NCBI GenBank assembly: GCA_902590695.1
Contig: CACIXR010000002.1
Coordinates: 132,336 to 196,335 of the forward strand
Direction of reading: 5' to 3'
DNA: 64,000 nt
From: an uncultured Alphaproteobacteria bacterium
GTDB taxonomy: Bacteria > Pseudomonadota > Alphaproteobacteria > HIMB59 > GCA-002718135
Under the pieces are notes generated by a model. The model was not told the origin of the DNA, ran no database searches, and was given only the letters and a program-made list of their open reading frames with translations. The position numbers and the translations under genes are program-made. Below, piece by piece: positions 55,720 to 64,000 of the stretch; positions within the stretch are counted from its first letter, which is position 1; each line of letters opens with the position of its first letter.

Positions 55720-57582
55720 ATGACTAATCAAATTAATATATCTTTTACAAATGAAAATAAATTAAAAATTGTTCTTGATAATAAATTAGTAGATTCAAAT
55801 TTGAAACTGTGTTTCTCATTAGTTTATTCAATAAAATCTATATCAGGAGGCGAAATAACTAAGCAAATTGGACGTTATTATGAGTTATCTATAAAAAAAA
55901 ATACAATTTTATTAGATTTACAAATTCCTAAAATTGGTAACTTCAACCTTTCGTGTGGTCCGGAAGGTGTTTTCATTATTGATACATTAAACAATAGTAA
56001 ATTAAATATAAATGTTTCAGATTTGATATTTGAAAAACCAATTAAAAAGAAAACTTATGAAGATTTAAAAACAAAAAATTTTATACCTATTATTCCTGAG
56101 CCAGAAAAAATTCATTTACAAAATAAATTTATAAATATTGAAAATAAAACATTTAATCTAAATACGGAAATTGAAATTATTTCTAATTTGCAAAATATTA
56201 TTTCCAAATTGGATATTAATTTTACTTCTGAAAAAGGATTTCCAATTTTCTTTAAAAAAGATGATCAGTTATTAAACGATCAATATTTTATGCAGATAAC
56301 AAAAGATAATATTGAGATTAAATATAAATCTTATGGTGGAAAGCTATATGGTCTTATATCTTTAGTTCATTTAATTGATTTCTATCAAACAAAGCTTCCA
56401 ATTTGTACAATACACGATAATCCAAAATATCAATGGAGAGGAATGCATCTTGATTGTGCAAGACAATTTTATACTATTGATGAAATCAAACGTTTATTTA
56501 ATTACATGGCATTATTTAAGCTTAATAGATTTCACTGGCATTTAACAGATAACGAAGCGTGGAGAATTGAAATTAAAAAATATCCAGATCTAGCATTAAA
56601 TGGAGGATACAGAGGATATAATTTTAAAATACCACCATTGTATGGAAGTGGTTATGATAAATATGGCGGATATTACTCACAGGAAGATATTAAAGATTTA
56701 ATTATATATGCAAAAAAATTAAATATCGAGATTATGCCTGAAATTGATTTACCAGCACATTCTTGGGCATTACTAGAAATCATGCCAGAACTTAGAGAAC
56801 AGTCTTCAAATATAGTTAGTGAAGATGTTGGTTCGTATAAGAATAATACAATAAATCCTTCCTTAGAAAAAACTGTAACTTTTTTAAAAGATATGTTGAA
56901 TGAAGTAAGTGATATTTTCTCATATGATGTAATTCATGTTGGCGTTGATGAAAGACCAAGTAATGCCTGGGAAGGTTCTCCAGCAATTATCGAGTTTATG
57001 AAAAAAAATAATATTAAATCACAAGAGGAATATCAAGATTACTATATGAATTTTTTAATAGATTTTCTAAAATTAAAAAATAAAAGAACAGCTGCATGGA
57101 ACGAGGCGGCAGTGTCTCCTCATATCGATCACGGGGTGGGTGGAAGTGCAGGAAAAATTGATAAATCATGTTTGATCTTTTCATGGGAGCATTCAGATGT
57201 TGCAAAAGAAACTACAAATAAGGGATTTGAAACAATACTTTGTCCTGGTCAAAAAACATATTTTGATATGGCTTATAACAATTCAACTGAAGAAAGAGGT
57301 ATTTGTTGGGCTGCAACTATAGAAGTAAAAGATATTCATGAATGGGACCCAATAAAAGATATAAATAAATCAGAATTGATAAAAGGGTTACAAGGTCAAC
57401 TGTGGTCAGAGACAATTACAGATAAAAAATTTTTTGATCAAATGATCAACCCAAGATTAGCAACTTTATCAGAAGTTGCATGGAAAGGAAAAATTTCAAG
57501 AAAATGGATAGAATTTCGTTCAGCACTTCTAAATTCTATGGATTTTTTAAAAAAATTAGGCTGGCGATATCACAATTTTTAA
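55720..57582 (+). CDS. GH20 beta-N-acetylhexosaminidase (no obvious signal peptide)
   Basis: 620 aa. HLDCARQF, RFHWHLTDNEAWR and the catalytic pair in HVGVDE. Confidence 0.85.
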   Translation: MTNQINISFTNENKLKIVLDNKLVDSNLKLCFSLVYSIKSISGGEITKQIGRYYELSIKKNTILLDLQIPKIGNFNLSCGPEGVFIIDTLNNSKLNINVSDLIFEKPIKKKTYEDLKTKNFIPIIPEPEKIHLQNKFINIENKTFNLNTEIEIISNLQNIISKLDINFTSEKGFPIFFKKDDQLLNDQYFMQITKDNIEIKYKSYGGKLYGLISLVHLIDFYQTKLPICTIHDNPKYQWRGMHLDCARQFYTIDEIKRLFNYMALFKLNRFHWHLTDNEAWRIEIKKYPDLALNGGYRGYNFKIPPLYGSGYDKYGGYYSQEDIKDLIIYAKKLNIEIMPEIDLPAHSWALLEIMPELREQSSNIVSEDVGSYKNNTINPSLEKTVTFLKDMLNEVSDIFSYDVIHVGVDERPSNAWEGSPAIIEFMKKNNIKSQEEYQDYYMNFLIDFLKLKNKRTAAWNEAAVSPHIDHGVGGSAGKIDKSCLIFSWEHSDVAKETTNKGFETILCPGQKTYFDMAYNNSTEERGICWAATIEVKDIHEWDPIKDINKSELIKGLQGQLWSETITDKKFFDQMINPRLATLSEVAWKGKISRKWIEFRSALLNSMDFLKKLGWRYHNF

Positions 57583-57600
57583 TGTTAAAGTAAAATAAAT

Positions 57601-58746
57601 ATGAAAATAGGCGCAGTAGGTTTTGGGAGTAGAACAGCTAGTGTTTATAATGAATTTTCAAAAGTTAATCCAAATTTTGAAATGATTGCCTATGTAGATC
57701 CTCAGCCAATAGGTAAAGATTTTGCTGAGAAAAATAATTTTTTTCCAAATAAATCATATTCAAGTTTAAACGAAATGTTGAATCGAGAGAAACTAGATAT
57801 GTTAATGATTGGTTCTCCTAATCATTTACATTTAGATCATATCAAGCTTGGATTAAAAGCTGGATTACAAATTTTTGCCGAAAAACCAATAGTAATAAAT
57901 GAACAAGAAACTTTTGAGTTAGCTAAATTAATAAAAGAATATGGCAAAGAAAGAATTATAGTTGGCTTAGTTCTAAGATATTCGCAACAAGCAAGATCTG
58001 TAAGAAAATTATTAGATCAAAATGCTATTGGAAATATAATATCAATTGAAGCTTCAGAACATATTGTACCCTCGCATGGTGCTTTTTTTATGCGAAATTG
58101 GAGAAGAAAACAAAAATATTCAGGAGGCTTTATGCTGGAAAAATGTTGCCATGATATTGACTTCTATTCAATGATTACGAAGAGTAGACCTATTAAAGTT
58201 GCTAGTTTTGGTTCAAGAAGATCTTTTATACCAGATAATCTTCCAGAGGGTTCTCATGAACAATATACAAAAGATAGACTGAAAGGTTGGGAGTCAAAAT
58301 CAAATGTCTTTGATAGTGATGCTGATATCGTCGATCATCAAGTAGCAATAATAGAATATGAAAATAAAGCAGTATTATCTTTTCACACTAATATGAAGGT
58401 TCCAGACGAATTTAGAAGATTTGCAGTTATAGGATCTACAGGAATGATTGAAGGGGATTTTGTTAGAGGATTTATGAAAGCTCATGATGAAAATAATAAT
58501 GTACTTATTGACGAAGATTATGGAGCAGCCTTTGGAAAAGAAATAAAAGGTCATTATGGTGCAGACAGTTTAATGGCTAAAGACATTAATAATTATTTGT
58601 TAAAAAATAATAAAGAATTACCAGTTGGTGTAATAGAGTGTATGGAAGCAGGAATTGTAGCAATGAAAATTGATGAGTCTAGAAATACAGGTAAAGTAAT
58701 TGACTTAAAAAGTACTTGGGATAAATTTGACTCTTTATTAAACTAG
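57601..58746 (+). CDS. Gfo/Idh/MocA-family oxidoreductase
   Basis: 381 aa. IGAVGFGSR, AEKPI and LEKCCHDIDF motifs. Confidence 0.8.
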   Translation: MKIGAVGFGSRTASVYNEFSKVNPNFEMIAYVDPQPIGKDFAEKNNFFPNKSYSSLNEMLNREKLDMLMIGSPNHLHLDHIKLGLKAGLQIFAEKPIVINEQETFELAKLIKEYGKERIIVGLVLRYSQQARSVRKLLDQNAIGNIISIEASEHIVPSHGAFFMRNWRRKQKYSGGFMLEKCCHDIDFYSMITKSRPIKVASFGSRRSFIPDNLPEGSHEQYTKDRLKGWESKSNVFDSDADIVDHQVAIIEYENKAVLSFHTNMKVPDEFRRFAVIGSTGMIEGDFVRGFMKAHDENNNVLIDEDYGAAFGKEIKGHYGADSLMAKDINNYLLKNNKELPVGVIECMEAGIVAMKIDESRNTGKVIDLKSTWDKFDSLLN

Positions 58747-58749
58747 CAT

Positions 58750-59649
58750 ATGAAACAAAAATTAAAATCATATAATGCCCAGACTTATTTAGCATATGCT
58801 TTGATTGCTCCAGCTGCCCTTTATATAGTTCTCATTGTTGCCTGGCCGTTATTGGAAACAATCAGACTTTCATTCACAAATTCAAGTTTAGCTGGAGAAG
58901 ATTATGTTGGATTTGAAAATTATCAAAAAATGCTTTCAAGTAAAAAATTTAATGGGATAGTAACTAGAACTTTTGTTTGGATGTTTTTTTCAGTGTCTTT
59001 AAAACTTATTATTGGTTTAATTGGAGCTGTTTTACTAAATGCTAATTTAAAAGGAAGATCAATATTTAGAGTTCTTGTAATGCCTCCCTGGGTAGTGCCG
59101 ATTGCAATTGGAATGTTGGGTTGGTTATGGTTATACAATGGATATTTTGGAATAATTGCTGGTGTTGGAATGAGAACTGGCATTTTAGATGGTCCATTTG
59201 GTTTTCTTGCATACAAGCAAAGTGCTTTTATTTCTACAATAATAGCGGATGTTTGGGTTGGAACGCCAATGGTAACAGTTTTTTTTCTCGCCGCAATGCA
59301 AGGTGTTCCAAGAGATTTATACGAGGCAGCTTATTGCGATGGTGCTTCAAGATGGGATAGATTTTTTAAAATTACCCTTCCTCAAATAACTCCAGTAATA
59401 ATTACAATGTCATTACTGTCTGCGATTTGGACTTTCAATTCATTTGAAATAATTTGGATATTGACTGAGGGTGGGCCAAGGGGTGCAACAACAACATTAA
59501 TAATAGATACATACAAACAAGCTTTAGGAAATTATAAATTTGGAAGAGGAGCAGCAAGAGCTGTAGTTGTCATGATTTTATTAACTTTATTTGCTGGTTT
59601 CTACCTAGCTCTTCTTGCAAGAATAAATAAGAAAATTTCTCATGAATAA
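58750..59649 (+). CDS. Carbohydrate ABC transporter permease (MalF/UgpA-like)
   Basis: 299 aa, 6 TM. EAA loop YEAAYCDGASRWDRFFKITLPQITP. Confidence 0.85.
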   Translation: MKQKLKSYNAQTYLAYALIAPAALYIVLIVAWPLLETIRLSFTNSSLAGEDYVGFENYQKMLSSKKFNGIVTRTFVWMFFSVSLKLIIGLIGAVLLNANLKGRSIFRVLVMPPWVVPIAIGMLGWLWLYNGYFGIIAGVGMRTGILDGPFGFLAYKQSAFISTIIADVWVGTPMVTVFFLAAMQGVPRDLYEAAYCDGASRWDRFFKITLPQITPVIITMSLLSAIWTFNSFEIIWILTEGGPRGATTTLIIDTYKQALGNYKFGRGAARAVVVMILLTLFAGFYLALLARINKKISHE

Positions 59650-60481
59650 ATATAATACTTTTGAAAAAATACTTATCTATTCAGGTATTTTAGTCTTTAT
59701 GACTTTTATACTTCTACCATTTGTAGAAATGTTCTATGCATCTCTTCGTCCTTTGGATCATTTATTTCGTTCACCATATCAATTTTATTCTGATGATTTA
59801 TCTTTTTGGGCATATAGAGAAATGTGGAATACAGTTCCAATGCTTGGAAGATATATATTTAATAGTTTTTTTTTAGCAACTTCAGTTGCAGTAATAACAC
59901 TTATTTTTGTAATCCCAGCAGCATATTCTTATGCTCGTTTCAAATTTCCAGCAAAGAATACAAGTCTATATGTATTGCTTGCAATAAATATGTTCTCAGG
60001 GGCAGTTCTTTTAATTCCTTTATATAAAGTTTTAAGAACTTTTGGTTTGTTGAATAGTTATCAAGCAATGATTGTACCTGGAGTAGCATTTTTAATACCT
60101 ACATCTATTTGGTTATTAAAATCATACTTTGAAAAAATACCAATTGATTTAGAAGAAGCTGCTTTTGTAGATGGGGCTTCAAGAGTACAGATCCTACGTC
60201 ATATAATAGCTCCACTTAGTACTCCTGGATTGGTTGTAGTTGGAATATATGCATTTATTGGCGCTTATGCACAACAGTTCTTATTTGCAATAACGTTTAA
60301 TCAAAAAAAAGAATATATGCCTATTCCTTCAGGATTATATGAATTTATAGGATATCAAAGTGTTAAATGGAATGAAATGATGGCTGCTTCTCTTGTTGGG
60401 ATAGCACCTGTTTTATTAGTTTTTATTTTTTTACAAAAATATATTGTTGAAGGACTAACTGCAGGAGCAGTTAAAAACTAA
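59642..60481 (+). CDS. Carbohydrate ABC transporter permease (MalG/UgpE-like), paralog 1
   Basis: 279 aa. EAA loop EEAAFVDGASRVQILRHIIAPLSTPG. Confidence 0.85.
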   Translation: MNKYNTFEKILIYSGILVFMTFILLPFVEMFYASLRPLDHLFRSPYQFYSDDLSFWAYREMWNTVPMLGRYIFNSFFLATSVAVITLIFVIPAAYSYARFKFPAKNTSLYVLLAINMFSGAVLLIPLYKVLRTFGLLNSYQAMIVPGVAFLIPTSIWLLKSYFEKIPIDLEEAAFVDGASRVQILRHIIAPLSTPGLVVVGIYAFIGAYAQQFLFAITFNQKKEYMPIPSGLYEFIGYQSVKWNEMMAASLVGIAPVLLVFIFLQKYIVEGLTAGAVKN

Positions 60482-60482
60482 A

Positions 60483-61322
60483 TTGGATAAATATAATTTA
60501 TACGAAAAGATAATCTTATATTTAGGTATACTAGTTTTCATGACTTTTATACTTCTACCATTTGTAGAAATGTTCTATGCATCTCTTCGTCCTTTGGATC
60601 ATTTATTTCGTTCACCATATCAATTTTATTCTGATGATTTATCTTTTTGGGCATATAGAGAAATGTGGAAAACCGTTCCAATGTTGCCACGATATATTTT
60701 TAATAGTTTTTTTCTTGCTAGTGTTACATCTTTAATTACTTTGTTATTTGTTATTCCTGCCGCTTATTCTTATGCTCGTTTCAAATTTCCTTTTAAGAAT
60801 TCATCTTTATATATTTTACTAGCAATAAATATGTTTTCAGGTGCTGTACTTTTAATTCCTTTATATAAAGTTTTAAGAACTTTTGGTCTTCTTAATACAT
60901 ACCAAGCAATGATAGTACCAGGTGTCGCCTTCTTAATACCTACCGCAATATGGTTATTAAAATCATACTTTGAAAAAATCCCGATTGATTTGGAAGAGGC
61001 TGCATTTGTTGATGGAGCTTCAAGGGTTCAAATTTTAAGACACATTATAGCACCACTTAGTACTCCTGGCTTAGTAGTTGTTGGGATATATGCTTTTATA
61101 GGATCATATGCACAACAGTTCTTATTTGCGATAACTTTTAATCAGAAAAAAGAGTACATGCCTATTCCCTCAGGACTCTATGAATTTATTGGTTACACGA
61201 CAGTTAAATGGAATGAAATGATGGCGGCTTCTCTTGTTGGGATAGCACCTGTATTAATCATTTTTCTTTTTCTACAGAAATATATTGTTGCTGGTTTGAC
61301 TTCTGGAGCTGTAAAAAACTAG
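60483..61322 (+). CDS. Carbohydrate ABC transporter permease (MalG/UgpE-like), paralog 2
   Basis: 279 aa, collinear with paralog 1. By my hand count there are about 27 aa differences out of 279. The EAA loop is identical. Confidence 0.85.
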   Translation: MDKYNLYEKIILYLGILVFMTFILLPFVEMFYASLRPLDHLFRSPYQFYSDDLSFWAYREMWKTVPMLPRYIFNSFFLASVTSLITLLFVIPAAYSYARFKFPFKNSSLYILLAINMFSGAVLLIPLYKVLRTFGLLNTYQAMIVPGVAFLIPTAIWLLKSYFEKIPIDLEEAAFVDGASRVQILRHIIAPLSTPGLVVVGIYAFIGSYAQQFLFAITFNQKKEYMPIPSGLYEFIGYTTVKWNEMMAASLVGIAPVLIIFLFLQKYIVAGLTSGAVKN

Positions 61323-61398
61323 AGAAATACTTAAAATCTAACTTGCTTCATAGAGCCAGATAATGTTATCTCTTATTTATAATTTAAATGGAGGAAAT

Positions 61399-62610
61399 AT
61401 GAATTTCAAAAAACTATCTTCATTTCTTACAATTGCTATACTTTCACTTGTTGGCTTTAAGGCATATGCTGCTGACGTACACGGTGTATTCTGTGGTAGT
61501 GATCTTCGACCTAATTATGTTGAAATAGCTGATAAGTACATGGAAGACAATCCTGGAGTGAACGTAACTCTAGAGGCTGTTCCTTGGGGAACATGTCAGG
61601 ATAAAGTAATTAATCTTGCTATCGCGGGTGATCCTGTTGCATTTTCATATGTTGGATCAAGAACTCTAAAAGGTCTTGCAGAAAATGGACATATTTTAGA
61701 AACAAATATTCCTGCTTCACAACAAGCAATGTATCAACCAGGTATCTTAAACACAGTAACACACATGGGTAAAACTTGGGGTTTCCCTCATGCGTTTTCT
61801 ACTAAAGCACTTTTCATGAATTGTGGTCTTTTAGAAAAAGCTGGCGTTGCATGTGAAGGCCCTCAAACTTGGGACGAACTATATTCAATGGCTGAAGCTG
61901 TAACAAAAAATGTTGATGGAGCAGCAGGAATTGGACTAGCTGGTAAAGATTTTGATAATACTATGCACCAATTCTTAAACTACCTATACAGTAATGGAGG
62001 ACAAGTTATTGATCCAATGTCAAACGAAATAACTTTGAATTCATCTAATACTGTTGAAACATTAGAATTTTATGGAAAGTTAGCAAACGTTGCTCAGGAA
62101 GGTCCTTTAGCTTGGGAGAGATCTCAGTTAACAGAACTATTTAATGATGAAAAAATTGCTATGTATATTAATGGACCTTGGGGTAGAGGTCAGCATAAGG
62201 AAGGTCTAGATGTTAAAACAGTTAGAATTCCTGCTGGACCACAAGGAAATCAAGGTACTCTTTTAATCACTGATAGTGTTGCAGTTTTCTCAAACACAGG
62301 TGTTGAAAAAGAAGCAATGGAATTAGCTAGCATAATCACATCAGGTGACTCTCAATACAGTCTCGATACTGATTGGGGTCTAACACCAATTATGCAATAT
62401 CCTCAAATTGGAAATGAAGCTCCATACAATGAAGATTATTGGATGATGTTTATTGATGCGATTGGCGATGGTGGACCAGAGCCACTATTTGTAGACTACA
62501 AAGCTTTTCAAACTGTTATGAACTCTATGATCCAAGGGGCAATTCTTGGTGAAGGAGATGCTGCGGATTTAGTAGCTGAAGCAGCTGAAGAGTTAGAAGA
62601 ATACAAATAA
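61399..62610 (+). CDS. Carbohydrate ABC transporter substrate-binding protein (family 1 SBP)
   Basis: The ATG at 61399 follows GGAGG. Signal peptide MNFKKLSSFLTIAILSLVGFKAYA. Composition is GC-richer than its neighbours. The ORF-track start at 61363 is an extension. Confidence 0.85.
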   Translation: MNFKKLSSFLTIAILSLVGFKAYAADVHGVFCGSDLRPNYVEIADKYMEDNPGVNVTLEAVPWGTCQDKVINLAIAGDPVAFSYVGSRTLKGLAENGHILETNIPASQQAMYQPGILNTVTHMGKTWGFPHAFSTKALFMNCGLLEKAGVACEGPQTWDELYSMAEAVTKNVDGAAGIGLAGKDFDNTMHQFLNYLYSNGGQVIDPMSNEITLNSSNTVETLEFYGKLANVAQEGPLAWERSQLTELFNDEKIAMYINGPWGRGQHKEGLDVKTVRIPAGPQGNQGTLLITDSVAVFSNTGVEKEAMELASIITSGDSQYSLDTDWGLTPIMQYPQIGNEAPYNEDYWMMFIDAIGDGGPEPLFVDYKAFQTVMNSMIQGAILGEGDAADLVAEAAEELEEYK

Positions 62611-62621
62611 TTACATTATTT

Positions 62622-62646
62622 TGCTAGGGCAATATTTGCCCTAGCA
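62622..62646 (+). terminator. 11-bp perfect stem-loop after the sugar SBP gene (no U-tract; terminator or mRNA-stabilising hairpin)
   Basis: TGCTAGGGCAA-TAT-TTGCCCTAGCA, read directly from the sequence. Confidence 0.4.
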
Positions 62647-62663
62647 TCTAATATAAAATCTAA

Positions 62664-63392
62664 ATGAGTAAATTAACAAGATCTTATTCCTCAAAAATTA
62701 ATTCAATTTTAAAGAAGATATTAAAAGAAGAAGAAAAAAAATTTTTACAGTGTGCTAAGTTAATTAGTAAATCATATAAAAAGGGTGGGCAGTTATATAT
62801 TTTTGGAACTGGACACTCTAGATTACTCGGAGAAGAATCATTTCATAGAGCAGGTGGTTTTGCTGCTGCATGTCCAATAAGAGATGATGATCTCAGTTTT
62901 AAAAAAGGAGCAAGAAAGGCCACTGCTTTAGAAAGAACTCCAAATATTGCAAAAAAAGCTCTAGCTAAATATAAAATTACTAGCAAAGATATATTGATGA
63001 TTGTATCTAATTCAGGTGTCAATCACGCTCCAGTTGAAGCAGCTTTGATTGCTAAGAAAAAGAAAATAAAAACTATTTCACTAACATCTGTAAAATACTC
63101 AAAACAAGCTCCTCTATCTAAATTGAATAAAAGATTATTTGAAATAACGGATATATTCATCGATAATAAGATTCCACCTGGTGATGCAATTATAAATATT
63201 AAAGATAACATGGTTGGACCAGCTTCAACAATTACAGGATCTTTTATTTTAAATTCAATTTTAATTGAAGTTGCAAATATCTTAAAAAATGAAAAATTGT
63301 TTCCATTCTATATCAGTGTAAATATGCCAAATGCTAAAAGAAATAATGACAAATTAGAGAAAAAATTTAGTAAGATTAATCCTCATTTATAA
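62664..63392 (+). CDS. Single-SIS-domain phosphosugar-binding protein (UPF0309-like)
   Basis: 242 aa. FGTGHSRLLGEESFHRAGG and VSNSGVNHAPVE are typical of the small SIS family. Confidence 0.7.
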   Translation: MSKLTRSYSSKINSILKKILKEEEKKFLQCAKLISKSYKKGGQLYIFGTGHSRLLGEESFHRAGGFAAACPIRDDDLSFKKGARKATALERTPNIAKKALAKYKITSKDILMIVSNSGVNHAPVEAALIAKKKKIKTISLTSVKYSKQAPLSKLNKRLFEITDIFIDNKIPPGDAIINIKDNMVGPASTITGSFILNSILIEVANILKNEKLFPFYISVNMPNAKRNNDKLEKKFSKINPHL

Positions 63393-63447
63393 GTTTTTTT
63401 AATTTTTTTAAAAACCAACAAATTACTATATAAGATAATAAGTTTAG

Positions 63448-64000
63448 ATGACTGATCAAAATAAAGTTAGTGGAAAAATTATTAATTATAATTCTTCCTA
63501 TATTGGTGATGTATATTTTAGTGAAAAAATTAGTGACTTAAAAATAAAGGACTCTGATGATTATAATAATATTATAATTCCTGGTTTTATTGATCTCCAT
63601 TGTCATGGTGGTAATGGTTTTGATGTAATGGAGGGCTCACAATCAATTATTGAAATGTCTAAGTATCATTTACGACATGGAACCACTTCAATAATGCCAA
63701 CTACTTGGACCAATACCTTAGAAAATACTATTTCAGCGTTAAAAGGATTTAATGAAATAAAGAAAGATAATGGTAATAATATCCTTGGAGTTCATTTAGA
63801 AGGACCTTTTATTAATCCTAATAAACTTGGCGCTCAACCAAATTTAACTGAGAAACCATCTTTAGAGTTTATAAAAAAAATTCTTGAAATTGCCGATGTA
63901 AAAATCATTACCTTAGCCCCAGAAATTGATGGAATGCAAGAATTTATAAATGATTTAGTGGAGCTAAATATTAAGATTCAATTTGGCCACACTTTGGCAG
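63448..64000 (+). CDS. nagA: N-acetylglucosamine-6-phosphate deacetylase, N-terminal part (3' end outside window)
   Basis: My own translation gives MTDQNKVSGKI..PGFIDLHCHGGNGFDVMEG..GVHLEGPFINP..LAPE. These match the NagA metal and active-site motifs. Confidence 0.85.
   Translation, partial: MTDQNKVSGKIINYNSSYIGDVYFSEKISDLKIKDSDDYNNIIIPGFIDLHCHGGNGFDVMEGSQSIIEMSKYHLRHGTTSIMPTTWTNTLENTISALKGFNEIKKDNGNNILGVHLEGPFINPNKLGAQPNLTEKPSLEFIKKILEIADVKIITLAPEIDGMQEFINDLVELNIKIQFGHTLA

Larger units (their letters stand above)
59642..61322 (+). repeat. Tandem direct duplication, period 841 bp, of the MalG-type permease gene
   Basis: The two ORFs are the same length and collinear. Nucleotides 59699-59829 are identical to 60540-60670 (131 bp), while the flanking sequence is diverged. 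Confidence 0.9.

Noticed and set aside
1-64000. Search for CRISPR arrays, IS elements, integrases, prophage genes, toxin-antitoxin pairs or defence systems, including next to the tRNA-Leu, a common integration site.
   Set aside because: I saw no direct-repeat/spacer architecture, no inverted terminal repeats flanking a transposase-like ORF, and no integrase or phage-like proteins. The genes flanking the tRNA (lipB, mgtE) are housekeeping.

Overview
AT-rich, very gene-dense window: about 62 CDS and 1 tRNA. Spacers are mostly under 100 nt, and many stop/start and convergent stop/stop codons overlap. I saw no transposase, integrase, CRISPR array, rRNA or recognisable transcription factor. Gene order, K/N/I-rich proteins and the dominance of transporter and osmolyte-catabolism genes fit a streamlined marine alphaproteobacterium of the SAR11/Pelagibacterales type; this is inference only, since no search was possible.

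Layout:
- 1-6.2 kb: 3' part of the spc/alpha ribosomal cluster (rpsH'-rplF-rplR-rpsE-rplO-secY-adk-rpsM-rpsK-rpoA-rplQ).
- 6.2-14.9 kb: housekeeping genes (crcB, RluA-type pseudouridine synthase, lipB, tRNA-Leu(GAG), mgtE, gshA, gshB, bioY, ROK kinase, gabD).
- 15.0-28.7 kb: 12 co-directional, nearly gapless genes. Eight are amino-acid-derivative enzymes (amidinotransferase, EutA/EutB/EutC-like trio, long fold-type-II PLP enzyme, M20 amidohydrolase, metal-ligand-deficient M24 creatinase/ectoine-hydrolase-like protein, Ser/Cys proline-racemase homolog). They run straight into soxBDAG.
- 28.7-31.1 kb: two overlapping minus-strand genes (554 aa and 238 aa) with no family motif I can recognise, divergent from an M19 dipeptidase.
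- 33-40 kb: PotABCD-like ABC importer plus FAD oxidoreductase and aldehyde dehydrogenase.
- 40-48 kb: TRAP transporter, glutamine-synthetase-like ligase, SDR, ALDH, Fe-ADH.
- 48-53.5 kb: UxaA dehydratase and an SDR/Gfo-Idh-MocA/IolG block.
- 53.5-64 kb: gamma-butyrobetaine-hydroxylase-like dioxygenase, galK, GH20 hexosaminidase, a CUT1-type sugar ABC system with a tandemly duplicated MalG-type permease, a single-SIS protein and nagA.

Best candidates for something undescribed:
- the 554-aa/238-aa orphan pair;
- the 8-gene cassette fused to sox;
- the duplicated permease with a 131-bp perfectly identical tract;
- the GS-like/TRAP amine module.

All family calls rest on motifs read by eye from the supplied translations. 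No BLAST, HMM or folding was run.
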